64,000 nt of DNA from Ignavibacteria bacterium UBA2360 (lineage in GTDB: Bacteria > Bacteroidota > Ignavibacteria > Tepidaquicellales > OLB5): NCBI GenBank assembly GCA_002344125.1, contig DDTQ01000004.1:4717-68716 (forward strand). The letters run 5' to 3'. The position numbers and the translations under genes were made by a program. Positions 41,010 through 49,670 of this stretch are shown here, piece after piece. The notes beneath the pieces were generated by a model. It was given only the letters and a program-made list of their open reading frames with translations, was not told the DNA's origin and did not search any database. Positions within the stretch are counted from its first letter, which is position 1, and each line of letters starts with the position of its first letter.

Positions 41010-41058
41010 CCTCACCCCCAGCCCCTCTCCTTTCAGGAGAGGGAGACGGAGGGAGAGG
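41010..41058. repeat. family-A palindromic element, half copy
   Basis: cctcacccccagcccctctcc tttca ggagaggg agacggagggagagg. It starts 8 nt after the stop of the FAD oxidoreductase gene and lacks the right ggggtgagg arm. Confidence 0.75.
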
Positions 41059-41074
41059 TTTAATAAGAAACTAA

Positions 41075-41476
41075 ATGATCAAATCTGAAATAAATATCAG
41101 GGTCCTGTACGCGCATACCGATAATATGGGTATTGTGAATAACGGGCGTTACTTAGAGTACTTCGAAGCGGGCAGGAATACACTCCTGCGCGAGTTCGGC
41201 TATCCGTACACAGAGCTTGAAAAGCTCAATTACGGGTTGCCCGTAATTGAAGCGCACGCTAACTACATATCAACCGCAAAATATGACGATATTGTTACTG
41301 TAAAAGCGCTGCTGCGCACAAAACCCGGCGTGCGCGTTAAGATTGATTACGAGCTTCATGTAAATGAACGACTGATCGTCACAGGATACACCGTGCATTC
41401 ATTTATCAGCCTTGAAACCATGAAACCGGTTCGCCCCCCAAAGGATTTTCTGGAAATTGTATCACCCCATTTTTAA
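41075..41476 (+). CDS. acyl-CoA thioesterase (YbgC/4HBT hotdog family)
   Basis: 133 aa. VLYAHTDNMGIVNNGRYLEYFEAGR is the typical 4HBT catalytic Asp context. Confidence 0.75.
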   Translation: MIKSEINIRVLYAHTDNMGIVNNGRYLEYFEAGRNTLLREFGYPYTELEKLNYGLPVIEAHANYISTAKYDDIVTVKALLRTKPGVRVKIDYELHVNERLIVTGYTVHSFISLETMKPVRPPKDFLEIVSPHF

Positions 41477-41483
41477 TAATAGC

Positions 41484-41684
41484 ATGAGTGAAATAGAATA
41501 TACCGGAGAACTTGTTTGCCCACTGGGGAAATATCCCCTAAATCAAACCGGTGAGTATCTTGAATGCACAAACTGCGGCGCTAAATTTCCTGTAGCTGAA
41601 GGAATCCCGCTATTATTGATAGATGACGCCGTATTGCCCAAAGGCGTAAACAACATAGAAGAACTTAAATGTTTTAAAAAATAG
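41484..41684 (+). CDS. Trm112/YcaR-family small zinc-ribbon-like protein
   Basis: I prefer the ATG at 41484. LVCPLGKYPL...LECTNCGAKFPVAEGIPLLLIDDA matches the Trm112p-like pattern. Confidence 0.6.
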   Translation: MSEIEYTGELVCPLGKYPLNQTGEYLECTNCGAKFPVAEGIPLLLIDDAVLPKGVNNIEELKCFKK

Positions 41685-41690
41685 TATCGT

Positions 41691-42572
41691 ATGGAATTAA
41701 AAGAGTATTACAAAATATACGCCCGTGAAATTGATTCAAAAATAAAACAGGCAATCACTGAAGATAAAATTACCTCAGATGTTACTACAAATCTGGTGCT
41801 TGCAGGCAAAGCCGGCAGCCAAAAGCTGAAAGCGGTATTGCTCTGCAAACAGGAGTGTATTCTGGCGGGAATCGAAATATTCAAAAAGACATACAGGCTC
41901 ATAGATAAAAATGCAAAGTTCAAACAATATGCCATCGATGGGCAGCGGGTTAAAAAGGGCAGCAAGGTTCTGGAAGTTACCGCATCAAGAAGTGTGCTGC
42001 TAAGGGGTGAAAGAACCGCGCTGAATTTCCTGCAGCGTATGAGCGGTATTGCCACAATGACAAACAGCTTTGTAAAGCAGCTTAAAGATAAGAACGCAAA
42101 GATACTTCACACCCGGAAAACTACCCCTAACTTCAGGGTATTTGAAGCCGCTGCGGTTAAAACCGGCGGCGGTGATTTCCACCGGCTCAATCTAAGCTCA
42201 GCGGTTATGATAAAAGATAACCACATAGAAGCCCTTGGGGGAATGTCAAACACAATGGACCTGCTGCTGAGGAAAAATATTCCCTACAGGCTGAAACAAA
42301 AATTTGAGATAGAAGTAAAATCATTTAGAGAGCTTGATGAAGTGATAAAATTCGGCAGGGGACTGGTTGAGATCGTAATGCTCGATAATTTCAAACCGGC
42401 GCAGCTTAAAAAGGCTATTGCTCTGCTTAAGTCCGGTAAGTTCAAAATTGAGCTCTCCGGAGGCATAAATGACTCGAATTTTGCCAAATATCAGCAAAAA
42501 GGGGTCGATTTCTATTCAATCGGCGCGTTAACGCATTCCTACAAAAGCTCCGATTTTTCGCTGGAATTTTAA
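41691..42572 (+). CDS. nadC: nicotinate-nucleotide diphosphorylase (carboxylating) / quinolinate phosphoribosyltransferase
   Basis: ERTALNFLQRMSGIAT, TRKTTPNFR, AVKTGGGDFHRLNLSSAVMIKDNHI. Confidence 0.88.
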   Translation: MELKEYYKIYAREIDSKIKQAITEDKITSDVTTNLVLAGKAGSQKLKAVLLCKQECILAGIEIFKKTYRLIDKNAKFKQYAIDGQRVKKGSKVLEVTASRSVLLRGERTALNFLQRMSGIATMTNSFVKQLKDKNAKILHTRKTTPNFRVFEAAAVKTGGGDFHRLNLSSAVMIKDNHIEALGGMSNTMDLLLRKNIPYRLKQKFEIEVKSFRELDEVIKFGRGLVEIVMLDNFKPAQLKKAIALLKSGKFKIELSGGINDSNFAKYQQKGVDFYSIGALTHSYKSSDFSLEF

Positions 42573-42795
42573 ATCTTTGGAAAATTACTAATTGTTACAA
42601 TTCATTATTGATTTTTTTCCAAAAAATGCATAATTTTGACCTGAATTACTAACAATATCTGTTCAAACAGAAGCATTTCATATAACAGCATTTTATAGCT
42701 TTCTATAGATCTGCAATAATTTTCGGGGTAAACACAATTTTTAAACACATCTATTCAAATCAAAACAAACTAACTTTTCTAAAGGAGAAAACAAA

Positions 42796-43335
42796 ATGTT
42801 AAACAACCACAAATTAAAGTTCTTAATTGCTTTAATGGTTATGTTTGCAGTTGGCTATGTATGCAGCTCAGATAAAGATGATAAAAAGGAAGATAAGAAA
42901 GAAGATACAAAGAAAGAGGACACCAAGAAAGAAGATACAAAGTCTGACGAAAGAAAGACCGATGAAAGAAAAACCGATGAAACTTCATCAAGTGATATAA
43001 AGCTGTATTTCGTTGAAGAATATACAGGAGGCAAAGAAATAGGCAAATCTGATGAATTCATTATCGGCAAAAATGGCGGATACTTCACATGTATGATCGA
43101 TATGAGAGGCACCGGCAAAAAAATCGGAGTTGGTAAGCTTGAGCTCAGAATTACAAAGCTTGGACCCAGTGAAAAAATTATCGCTACAGAAAAATTTGAC
43201 GTACAGCCTGACTGGGATTATATCTTCTTCGATAAGTTCCATACTTTCTATTCAGCCGGCGATTACAAAGTTACAGCCATGAAACCTGACGGAACCCCGG
43301 TTGCAACAGGCGAAGTGAAAATTTCAATGAGATAA
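42796..43335 (+). CDS. secreted (possibly lipo-)protein with KED-rich repeat linker and a ~105-aa C-terminal domain of unknown function
   Basis: Signal peptide with Cys23. Linker DKDDKKEDKKEDTKKEDTKKEDTKSDERKTDERKTDE. AAGGAG RBS. The C-terminal domain is paralogous to the next gene. Confidence 0.7.
   Translation: MLNNHKLKFLIALMVMFAVGYVCSSDKDDKKEDKKEDTKKEDTKKEDTKSDERKTDERKTDETSSSDIKLYFVEEYTGGKEIGKSDEFIIGKNGGYFTCMIDMRGTGKKIGVGKLELRITKLGPSEKIIATEKFDVQPDWDYIFFDKFHTFYSAGDYKVTAMKPDGTPVATGEVKISMR
42871..42982 (+). repeat. in-frame tandem coding repeats (15-nt units encoding KKEDT and DERKT)
   Basis: aagaaagaagataca-type units are repeated ~3x, then gacgaaagaaagacc / gatgaaagaaaaacc 2x. This is a low-complexity charged linker. 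Confidence 0.7.
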
Positions 43336-43464
43336 ATAGTTTTGTATTTCCATGCAGGCATCTTTTGTTAAAAAGGTGCCTGTAATGGTTTTAAAAGGGT
43401 ATAACATTCAAGAGTCATTTACAAGAAGGAAAAATAAATCAGAAGGAAAGGATCATTTAATAAA

Positions 43465-43854
43465 ATGATTAAAAAAATACTCACAGCTTCATTTTTCGCG
43501 CTGGCGCTTATGCTTGTTGGGCAGAGCTCAAACGCGCAGTCAATTTATTTCTGTGAAGGCGTTACCGATGACGGTTACCCGATAACAGAAAGCTCCACAT
43601 TCAATATCGGCTCAGGCGGCGGTTATGTTTACGTGCTTGTAAGGCTTCCGTATGAAGTTGCATGCCGCTCAGTAAGATTTGAAATTTACAAAGGCGGAAG
43701 CTACGATAACACAGTTTACGTTGATACAGAAAAGAACTGGGTTTGGTTCTGGAAGAAGATCACATTTTATGATGCAGGCACATATTCATTTGATGTTTAT
43801 GACTGCTTTGATTACAGATTGACTTCAGGCAGCGTAAGGATTAACTGGAGATAG
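43465..43854 (+). CDS. secreted protein, paralog of the C-terminal domain of the preceding gene
   Basis: Signal peptide ...SSNAQS. Shared pattern with the 42796 product: YF.E...G..I..S..F.IG..GGY ... W..F.K..F..AG.Y ... G.V.I..R. Confidence 0.65.
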   Translation: MIKKILTASFFALALMLVGQSSNAQSIYFCEGVTDDGYPITESSTFNIGSGGGYVYVLVRLPYEVACRSVRFEIYKGGSYDNTVYVDTEKNWVWFWKKITFYDAGTYSFDVYDCFDYRLTSGSVRINWR

Positions 43855-43879
43855 TATTCAAGTTTAAATCCACATTTAA

Positions 43880-43901
43880 GCCCCGCTTGCGGGGCTTTTT
43901 T
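43880..43901 (+). terminator. rho-independent terminator
   Basis: gccccg cttg cggggc plus T6. It lies within a 28-nt stretch identical to 17932-17959. Confidence 0.8.
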
Positions 43902-44066
43902 ATTGGCAAAAAAAGGCAAATAGAACACTGACAAGGCAGATTGTGCAGATAAAACACTGATTAAATCCGCGCAAATCCGCCTCATCAGTTCTATCCGTGT
44001 TCCAAAATTCTCCCCACAAACCGGCAACTTATAAAAAACCATAATTTTAGCTATATTTGTAGCTGA

Positions 44067-45500
44067 ATGCTCGATAAAATTAAAAGTCTTTCTAAGCAGA
44101 CCCTGATATACGGCACAAGCACCATAGTTGGCCGTTTCCTGAATTTTATACTCGTACCGTTCTACACAAATGTTTTTCCGCCGGCGGAATACGGCGTGGT
44201 TGCCGTGGTTTTTGCCTACATTGCATTCCTTAATATCGTGTATTCATTCGGATTTGAAGCCGGCTATTTCCGCTTCGCCTCCGCCAAAGAAGTTGGTGAT
44301 GAAAAACAAAATTTCACACACCCGTTTTTCCTCATTACAATAAACAGTCTCGTAATATCGGGTCTTATACTTACCTTCCACAGCAGCATAGCTGCATTGA
44401 TAGGGGTTAAGGATGAATCCATTGTAATATACTCAGCGTTCATCTTATTCTTTGATGCGCTTGCGCTTATTCCTTTTGCTTACTTAAGACTCAAAAATAA
44501 AGCAAAGGTATTCGCTTCGATCAAGCTTGTTAATATAGTTGTGAATGTTACGCTTAATCTGTTGCTGATACTTGTGTTTAAACTCGGACTCGAAGCCGTA
44601 TTCATAAGTAATCTCGCGGCATCGCTGGTAACTCTGCTTCTGCTTGCGCCCAATATTCTGAAAAATATTTCATTCAGCTACCACAAACAATTGTTCAATG
44701 AGCTGTGGAAGTTCTCAATCCCATATCTTCCCGCTGCGCTGGCTTCAATGGTGGTGCAGACCCTGAACATTATAATCCTGCGGTTTCTGGTTGATGTTAA
44801 AACTGTCGGTATCTACAACGCCAATTATAAGCTTGGCATATTTATGATGCTCATAGTATCAATGTTTGAATACGCCTGGCGCCCGTTCTTCTTAAATAAC
44901 GCCAAAGATCCCAATGCCAAAGCACTATTTGCTAAAATACTTACACTCTTTACAGGCGGCGCTTCTGTTGTGCTGCTAATACTCACGTTCACAATACAGG
45001 ATATCATAAAAATCCCGCTGCCATACAAAGGGTATATTATCGGACCCGGTTACTGGAGCGGTGTTGTTATAGTGCCGATCGTTCTGTTCGCGTATTTGTT
45101 CCTGGGGATTTATACCAATCTAATAGCGGGTATTTACATAGAAAAGAAAACCAAATACCTACCGCTCATTACGGGGCTCGGCGCAGTACTCAACATCGCA
45201 TCAGCTTTTCTGTTGATTCCGCTCTGGGGTATAACCGGCGCGGCGATCTCCACGCTTGTAAGCTATGTTGCTATGGCGGTTTACATATATGCAGTATCAC
45301 AAAAATTCTACCCCGTAAAATATGAAGTAAGCAAGCTGTTGATGATACTTCTTATTGACTCAGCGGCAATTGCAATATTCTTCTATACTTTCGGCGGATT
45401 AGATCTCATTTACAGGATAATCTTCGCGGTAGTGCTCTCAGGTGTGATAATTTCAATAGCGGAATTGTATAAGGTGAAAAGATTGTTGAAGACAAAATGA
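44067..45500 (+). CDS. oligosaccharide/polysaccharide flippase (MOP superfamily, Wzx/MurJ-like)
   Basis: 477 aa, ~14 TM helices, N-terminus LSKQTLIYGTSTIVGRFLNFILVPFYT typical of polysaccharide biosynthesis flippases. Confidence 0.7.
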   Translation: MLDKIKSLSKQTLIYGTSTIVGRFLNFILVPFYTNVFPPAEYGVVAVVFAYIAFLNIVYSFGFEAGYFRFASAKEVGDEKQNFTHPFFLITINSLVISGLILTFHSSIAALIGVKDESIVIYSAFILFFDALALIPFAYLRLKNKAKVFASIKLVNIVVNVTLNLLLILVFKLGLEAVFISNLAASLVTLLLLAPNILKNISFSYHKQLFNELWKFSIPYLPAALASMVVQTLNIIILRFLVDVKTVGIYNANYKLGIFMMLIVSMFEYAWRPFFLNNAKDPNAKALFAKILTLFTGGASVVLLILTFTIQDIIKIPLPYKGYIIGPGYWSGVVIVPIVLFAYLFLGIYTNLIAGIYIEKKTKYLPLITGLGAVLNIASAFLLIPLWGITGAAISTLVSYVAMAVYIYAVSQKFYPVKYEVSKLLMILLIDSAAIAIFFYTFGGLDLIYRIIFAVVLSGVIISIAELYKVKRLLKTK

Positions 45501-45504
45501 TTTC

Positions 45505-45604
45505 CCTCACCCCCAGTTCCCTCTCCCAAAGGAAGAGGGGGAGATATCCTAAAGACTTTCGGATTTAGTTCCCCTCTCCTTGCAGGAGAGGGTTAGGGGT
45601 GAGG
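45505..45604. repeat. family-A GC-rich palindromic element, full copy
   Basis: cctcacccccag ttccctctccc aaa ggaagaggggga ... tcccctctcc ttgca ggagaggg ttaggggtgagg. It begins 5 nt after the flippase stop codon. Confidence 0.8.
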
Positions 45605-45620
45605 TGTTACAAGTACTAAA

Positions 45621-45653
45621 CTCACCAACTCAACCACTCAACTACTCCACCAA
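45621..45653. repeat. 4 x 8-nt direct repeat (CTCAACCA-like)
   Basis: ctcaccaa ctcaacca ctcaacta ctccacca, directly abutting the stop codon (45654-45656) of the minus-strand His-tailed membrane protein gene. Confidence 0.6.
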
Positions 45654-46343
45654 TCAATGGTGATGATCATGATGCTCATGATGTATTTCATCAAGCAGCT
45701 CGCGTTTGTTGGCTTTTGAGCCGGCATTCATTGATACAATATAGCTCGGCACTCCGATATCATTCAATACACATGGCACAAGCACCGATATTACAAGTAT
45801 CGGCAGGAAGATGAGCGCTTTTAGTGATATCACTTCAACACCGTAAGTTATCAGGTACATGCCCGCTGCTGTTGAGCTGAGGAAAATATGCAGTCCGTGA
45901 GTGTACCTTGAGAGTCTGCGTACAAAGCGTGAGAGCAGAAATCCCAGCAGCGCGCCGCCTATTATAAAGCTCCACGATGTCAGCGGCTCTTCAATAATGC
46001 AGATATGAAAATGCATATCATACCCTAAACCAAGTCCACCCAGATACGGCAGCACAATATCGCTCAGCGTACATGTGATTGACGCAGTAAGTATCGCTAC
46101 GAACACTCCAAGCCATAGGGCTTTGTTATACTTTGCAAGCAGTGATGCAGGGGTGAGCGAAGCGAAAAATAAATGCGCTATGAAAAATCCTTCGAACAGG
46201 TGCTCGGTTTCCGGCGCAGCCTCAGGGAAAATTGTGATCTTAAGCAGGGCAATGATGATACCCGATACCAATACGGCCCCCGCTGTGAATTTCCAGTGGG
46301 TGCTTAGTTCGTCTATAAATATGTTTTTGTGTGAATGTTCCAT
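45654..46343 (-). CDS. polytopic membrane protein with C-terminal poly-His tail (putative metal-related, unknown family)
   Basis: 229 aa, ~6 TM helices, N-terminus MEHSHK, C-terminus EIHHEHHDHHH. I recognise no family. Confidence 0.6.
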   Translation of the reverse strand: MEHSHKNIFIDELSTHWKFTAGAVLVSGIIIALLKITIFPEAAPETEHLFEGFFIAHLFFASLTPASLLAKYNKALWLGVFVAILTASITCTLSDIVLPYLGGLGLGYDMHFHICIIEEPLTSWSFIIGGALLGFLLSRFVRRLSRYTHGLHIFLSSTAAGMYLITYGVEVISLKALIFLPILVISVLVPCVLNDIGVPSYIVSMNAGSKANKRELLDEIHHEHHDHHH

Positions 46344-46344
46344 T

Positions 46345-46413
46345 GGTTGCAGGTCAAAAGTTGCAGGTTGCAGGTTAAATGAATCAGGTTACAGGTTAAA
46401 ACGAACCAACCTG
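46345..46413. repeat. array of GTTGCAGGT / CAGGTT short repeats immediately upstream of the His-tailed membrane protein gene
   Basis: CAGGT(T/C) at 46350, 46364, 46371, 46385 and 46392, plus an inverted AACCTG at 46408. The array starts 2 nt from the start codon (46343). Confidence 0.65.
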
Positions 46414-46523
46414 TTTAACTGCCCGGATTGGTTATAAACTAATTGATAAGATCCAAAGATAGGGTGTACAAATCAGTTAAAAGAACTTCACACCTCAAAA
46501 CCTGTAGCATGTAACTTGTAACT

Positions 46524-46799
46524 CTACGGAGTATACTCTTTCAGCTTATCTTTAATAGCCGCTTTTTCAACTGTATTGCCTTCGTTGAGCTGTTTAACTA
46601 TATCATCAATAATCTGTTTGGCTTCTTCTTTTTTATAATCCTTAATAAAGCCATCGAAGTAGCTTTCGCCCGCTAGCGCGCGGTTAATTTCAACGTGCTT
46701 ATTGTGCTCGTTTAGTTCTGTATAATATACCACGTGGAATTTTTCATTATACTGCTTATCGCGGTAAATTTCGAACATTATTTTATCTGACTCGTACAT
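46524..46799 (-). CDS. hypothetical 91-aa protein
   Basis: An intact ORF in an accessory-looking region. No recognised motif. Confidence 0.5.
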   Translation of the reverse strand: MYESDKIMFEIYRDKQYNEKFHVVYYTELNEHNKHVEINRALAGESYFDGFIKDYKKEEAKQIIDDIVKQLNEGNTVEKAAIKDKLKEYTP

Positions 46800-46948
46800 T
46801 GGTATTGATGGATGAGAAAATTAGTGATTTTTAGCTGTTTTTTATGATTTAGCTACAAATTTAGCGTAAAGTATGGATTTAGACAAGGCATTTACTTTAG
46901 AGCGTTTGAATGCCGTTTTTTTATCAAAAGTAATATTTATATTAGTAC

Positions 46949-47134
46949 ATGGAAAGCACTAAACTAAAAGAATCACTTCTAAAGATCGCTGAAGGGGTTG
47001 AGCCTGAAACTACCCTTGAAGATATTTACAAACAGCTTGCATATCTTTCAGATATTGAAGAATCCGAAGAGCAGGAAGCCCGCGGTGAAGTAGTTACACA
47101 GGAAGAAGTTGAGAAGATGCTCAATAAATTCTAA
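46949..47134 (+). CDS. hypothetical 61-aa acidic protein
   Basis: ATG-initiated ORF. The C-terminal EARGEVVTQEEVEKML loosely recalls antitoxin-type tails, but there is no partner gene. Confidence 0.4.
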   Translation: MESTKLKESLLKIAEGVEPETTLEDIYKQLAYLSDIEESEEQEARGEVVTQEEVEKMLNKF

Positions 47135-47221
47135 GTACACATGATACCTTTACTTATTACTTGTTTTAATTTAAATTAATAATTATTGTTGCTTTACACG
47201 CAAGGGGGTTGACGAGACTAA

Positions 47222-49639
47222 ATGTCTTGTTGGCTTCCTATTTTTGTTAGTAAAGAAATTAATAAATTTATGGATAATGATTTCAATAAGATTAATTCTC
47301 TAATAGAAAAAGCAATTAATTTACAAAGTAGAGAACTTATTATAAGAGGATACAATTGTAAAAGACTACCGGAGAATATTGGTAATGCAGTACATTTAAG
47401 TGAATTATTTATTGAAGGAATCAATCTTGAAGAGTTGCCTGCTTCAATAGGGAACCTTCATAATTTAGATTCACTCTATTTAAGTGAAAATAAAATAAGA
47501 ATTTTACCTAATTCTATTGCAAAATTAAAGTCTATTAGGACATTAGGGCTAAGTAATAATAGGTTTAATAAAATACCACCACAAGTTTTTAAACTAAGAT
47601 ATTTGCATAATTTGTATTTGAACGGTAATGAAATTGCTGTTTTAGATCCCAAAATCAGTGAATTACATTATTTAGAATATTTGGATTTTAGTTTCAACAA
47701 AATCTCACAAATACCGGAAAATTTTTCGAAATTGAAAAATTTGAAATTTCTTGATTTGATGTATAATAAGATTAGGCAGTTTCCAAAAGAGTTAGTAAAT
47801 AACAGTAATTTAGTAGACTTGAATTTAGGTTCTAATTTGATCGATTCGATAGATCATTTGAGCAGTATGGAGTATTTGCAAAGCATAACGTTAGAGTCTA
47901 ATAGGATTTATTCTATACCGTTAGACATTTCGAAAATGCAAAATTTAAAAAGTTTGAATTTGAGTTACAATAATATTAGAGTCTTGCCACGAGAGTTATC
48001 CCAAATTGGGACATTGAAAGAACTAAATGTGGAAAACAATCCTCTTGTTGTACCCCCAATAGAGATCCTTTATGATGGTATTAAAGCAATCGAAAACTAC
48101 TATGATTCAATAGGGGAACAAGAAACATTTTACTTATATGAAGCGAAGTTACTGATTGTGGGCTCTGGCGGTGTGGGTAAAACTACTATCTTAAATTGTT
48201 TGGTTGATTCTGAAATTGGAGATTTAAAAAGTATCAAGACAACGGAAGGAATAAAAGTAGAAAATTGGTATTTAAAAACTGATAAAAACATCAATTTCCG
48301 TGTCAATATTTGGGATTTTGGCGGTCAGGAGATTTATCATGCAACTCATCAGTTTTTTCTTACCAAAAGATCATTGTATGTTTTTGTTTGGGATGCAAGA
48401 ACAGATGATAATCTATTAAGTTTTGATTATTGGCTAAACATAATTGATTTATTAAGTGATTCAAGTCCAGTTATTGTTATTATGAATAAGCTAGATGAAA
48501 GAAATAGAATGCTTGATGAAGAATCATTAAAAAGAAAATTCCCAAATATTAAATCATTTCATAAAGTGAGTGCTTTAAATGGTGTAGGTTTAGACTATCT
48601 AAAAACCTTAATTAGAGAACAGGTTGTAACATTACCGCATGTCGGTGATACACTTCCAATTGTGTGGAAGGAAATTCGTGAACATTTAGAGAAGTTGAAT
48701 GATAATTACATATCTTATAAAGAATATTTAAAATTATGTCATAAATTTAATCTATCAAAACCAAGGGCAGTTTATCTTAGCAGATATTTCCACATTTTAG
48801 GGGTTTTTTTACATTTTGAAGATAATCCATTGCTAAAGAATACTCTTATTCTAAAGCCAGAATGGGCCACACAAGCTGTTTATAAAATTGTTGATAATAT
48901 CGAAGTTCAAAAAAAATACGGTGTTTTGGAATATACTCAATTGTCTGAAATATGGGAGTTGTACCCACATGACAAATATGAGGTACTTATTGAATTAATG
49001 AAAAAATTTGAATTGTGTTTTGAGATTGCTAATAGTAAAGTCTATATAATTCCTGAACTCTTAAATCCTGTAAAGCCCAGTTTTGGTTGGGATGAAGATA
49101 ATAACTTGCGATTTGAATACAGCTATAAGTTTATGCCTGCAGGTTTAATAACGAGATTAATAGTAAGGATACATGATCTAATCAAAAATGATTTCTATTG
49201 GAAGAACGGATTTATTTTGACTTTTGAAAATACTGAAGCGTTAGTTATAGCGGAGGGTTTAGATAGGAAAATAAGAATATGGTTGAATGGTAGTAAAAAA
49301 AGGGAACTACTTGCTATAATAAGAAGAGAAATTTACGCAATACATAAATCATTAAATAATTTATTTGTTGAAGAAAGAATTCAATGTATTTGCTCTGAAT
49401 GTAAGAAATCATTTTCTCCATATTTCCATATTTTTGATGATTTATATATAGCTAGGCAAAAGAACAGAAAATCTACTGAATGTAAAAAGAGTTTTCAAAA
49501 CGTTAATATTGAAGAATTGTTAGGTTCAGCAATTGGCCCAAATTCAGAAGAGGGTATTAGTACTCCTACTAATCCAACTATTAATATCGATAACAGTCTT
49601 GTCAATTTTGCAGATTCTATAGGTGATATAATCAAGTAA
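47222..49639 (+). CDS. ROCO protein: leucine-rich repeats + Roc (Ras-of-complex) GTPase + COR domain
   Basis: About 11 LRRs (LxxLxLxxNxIxxIP, aa ~35-290). Roc motifs are G1 GSGGVGKT (48161-48184), G3 DFGGQ (48314-48328), G4 NKLD (48484-48495) and G5 SAL. A COR-like region follows (WKEIREHL...ILKPEWATQAVYKIV), then the tail CICSECKK...TECKKS. An alternative start is the ATG at 47270. Confidence 0.85.
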   Translation: MSCWLPIFVSKEINKFMDNDFNKINSLIEKAINLQSRELIIRGYNCKRLPENIGNAVHLSELFIEGINLEELPASIGNLHNLDSLYLSENKIRILPNSIAKLKSIRTLGLSNNRFNKIPPQVFKLRYLHNLYLNGNEIAVLDPKISELHYLEYLDFSFNKISQIPENFSKLKNLKFLDLMYNKIRQFPKELVNNSNLVDLNLGSNLIDSIDHLSSMEYLQSITLESNRIYSIPLDISKMQNLKSLNLSYNNIRVLPRELSQIGTLKELNVENNPLVVPPIEILYDGIKAIENYYDSIGEQETFYLYEAKLLIVGSGGVGKTTILNCLVDSEIGDLKSIKTTEGIKVENWYLKTDKNINFRVNIWDFGGQEIYHATHQFFLTKRSLYVFVWDARTDDNLLSFDYWLNIIDLLSDSSPVIVIMNKLDERNRMLDEESLKRKFPNIKSFHKVSALNGVGLDYLKTLIREQVVTLPHVGDTLPIVWKEIREHLEKLNDNYISYKEYLKLCHKFNLSKPRAVYLSRYFHILGVFLHFEDNPLLKNTLILKPEWATQAVYKIVDNIEVQKKYGVLEYTQLSEIWELYPHDKYEVLIELMKKFELCFEIANSKVYIIPELLNPVKPSFGWDEDNNLRFEYSYKFMPAGLITRLIVRIHDLIKNDFYWKNGFILTFENTEALVIAEGLDRKIRIWLNGSKKRELLAIIRREIYAIHKSLNNLFVEERIQCICSECKKSFSPYFHIFDDLYIARQKNRKSTECKKSFQNVNIEELLGSAIGPNSEEGISTPTNPTINIDNSLVNFADSIGDIIK

Positions 49640-49670
49640 TAATAAATTCTAAAAAATAAATAGTTAAATT

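Noticed and set aside
42871-42982. Possible CRISPR-like or VNTR array in the KED-rich region
   Set aside because: The repeats are 15-nt in-frame units inside a CDS with no spacers. This is a charged low-complexity linker, not a CRISPR array.
46524-47134. Toxin-antitoxin pair formed by the 91-aa (minus) and 61-aa (plus) ORFs
   Set aside because: The genes are divergent and 150 nt apart rather than co-oriented and overlapping. I recognise no toxin fold, and the antitoxin-like resemblance of the 61-aa protein is only a short acidic tail.
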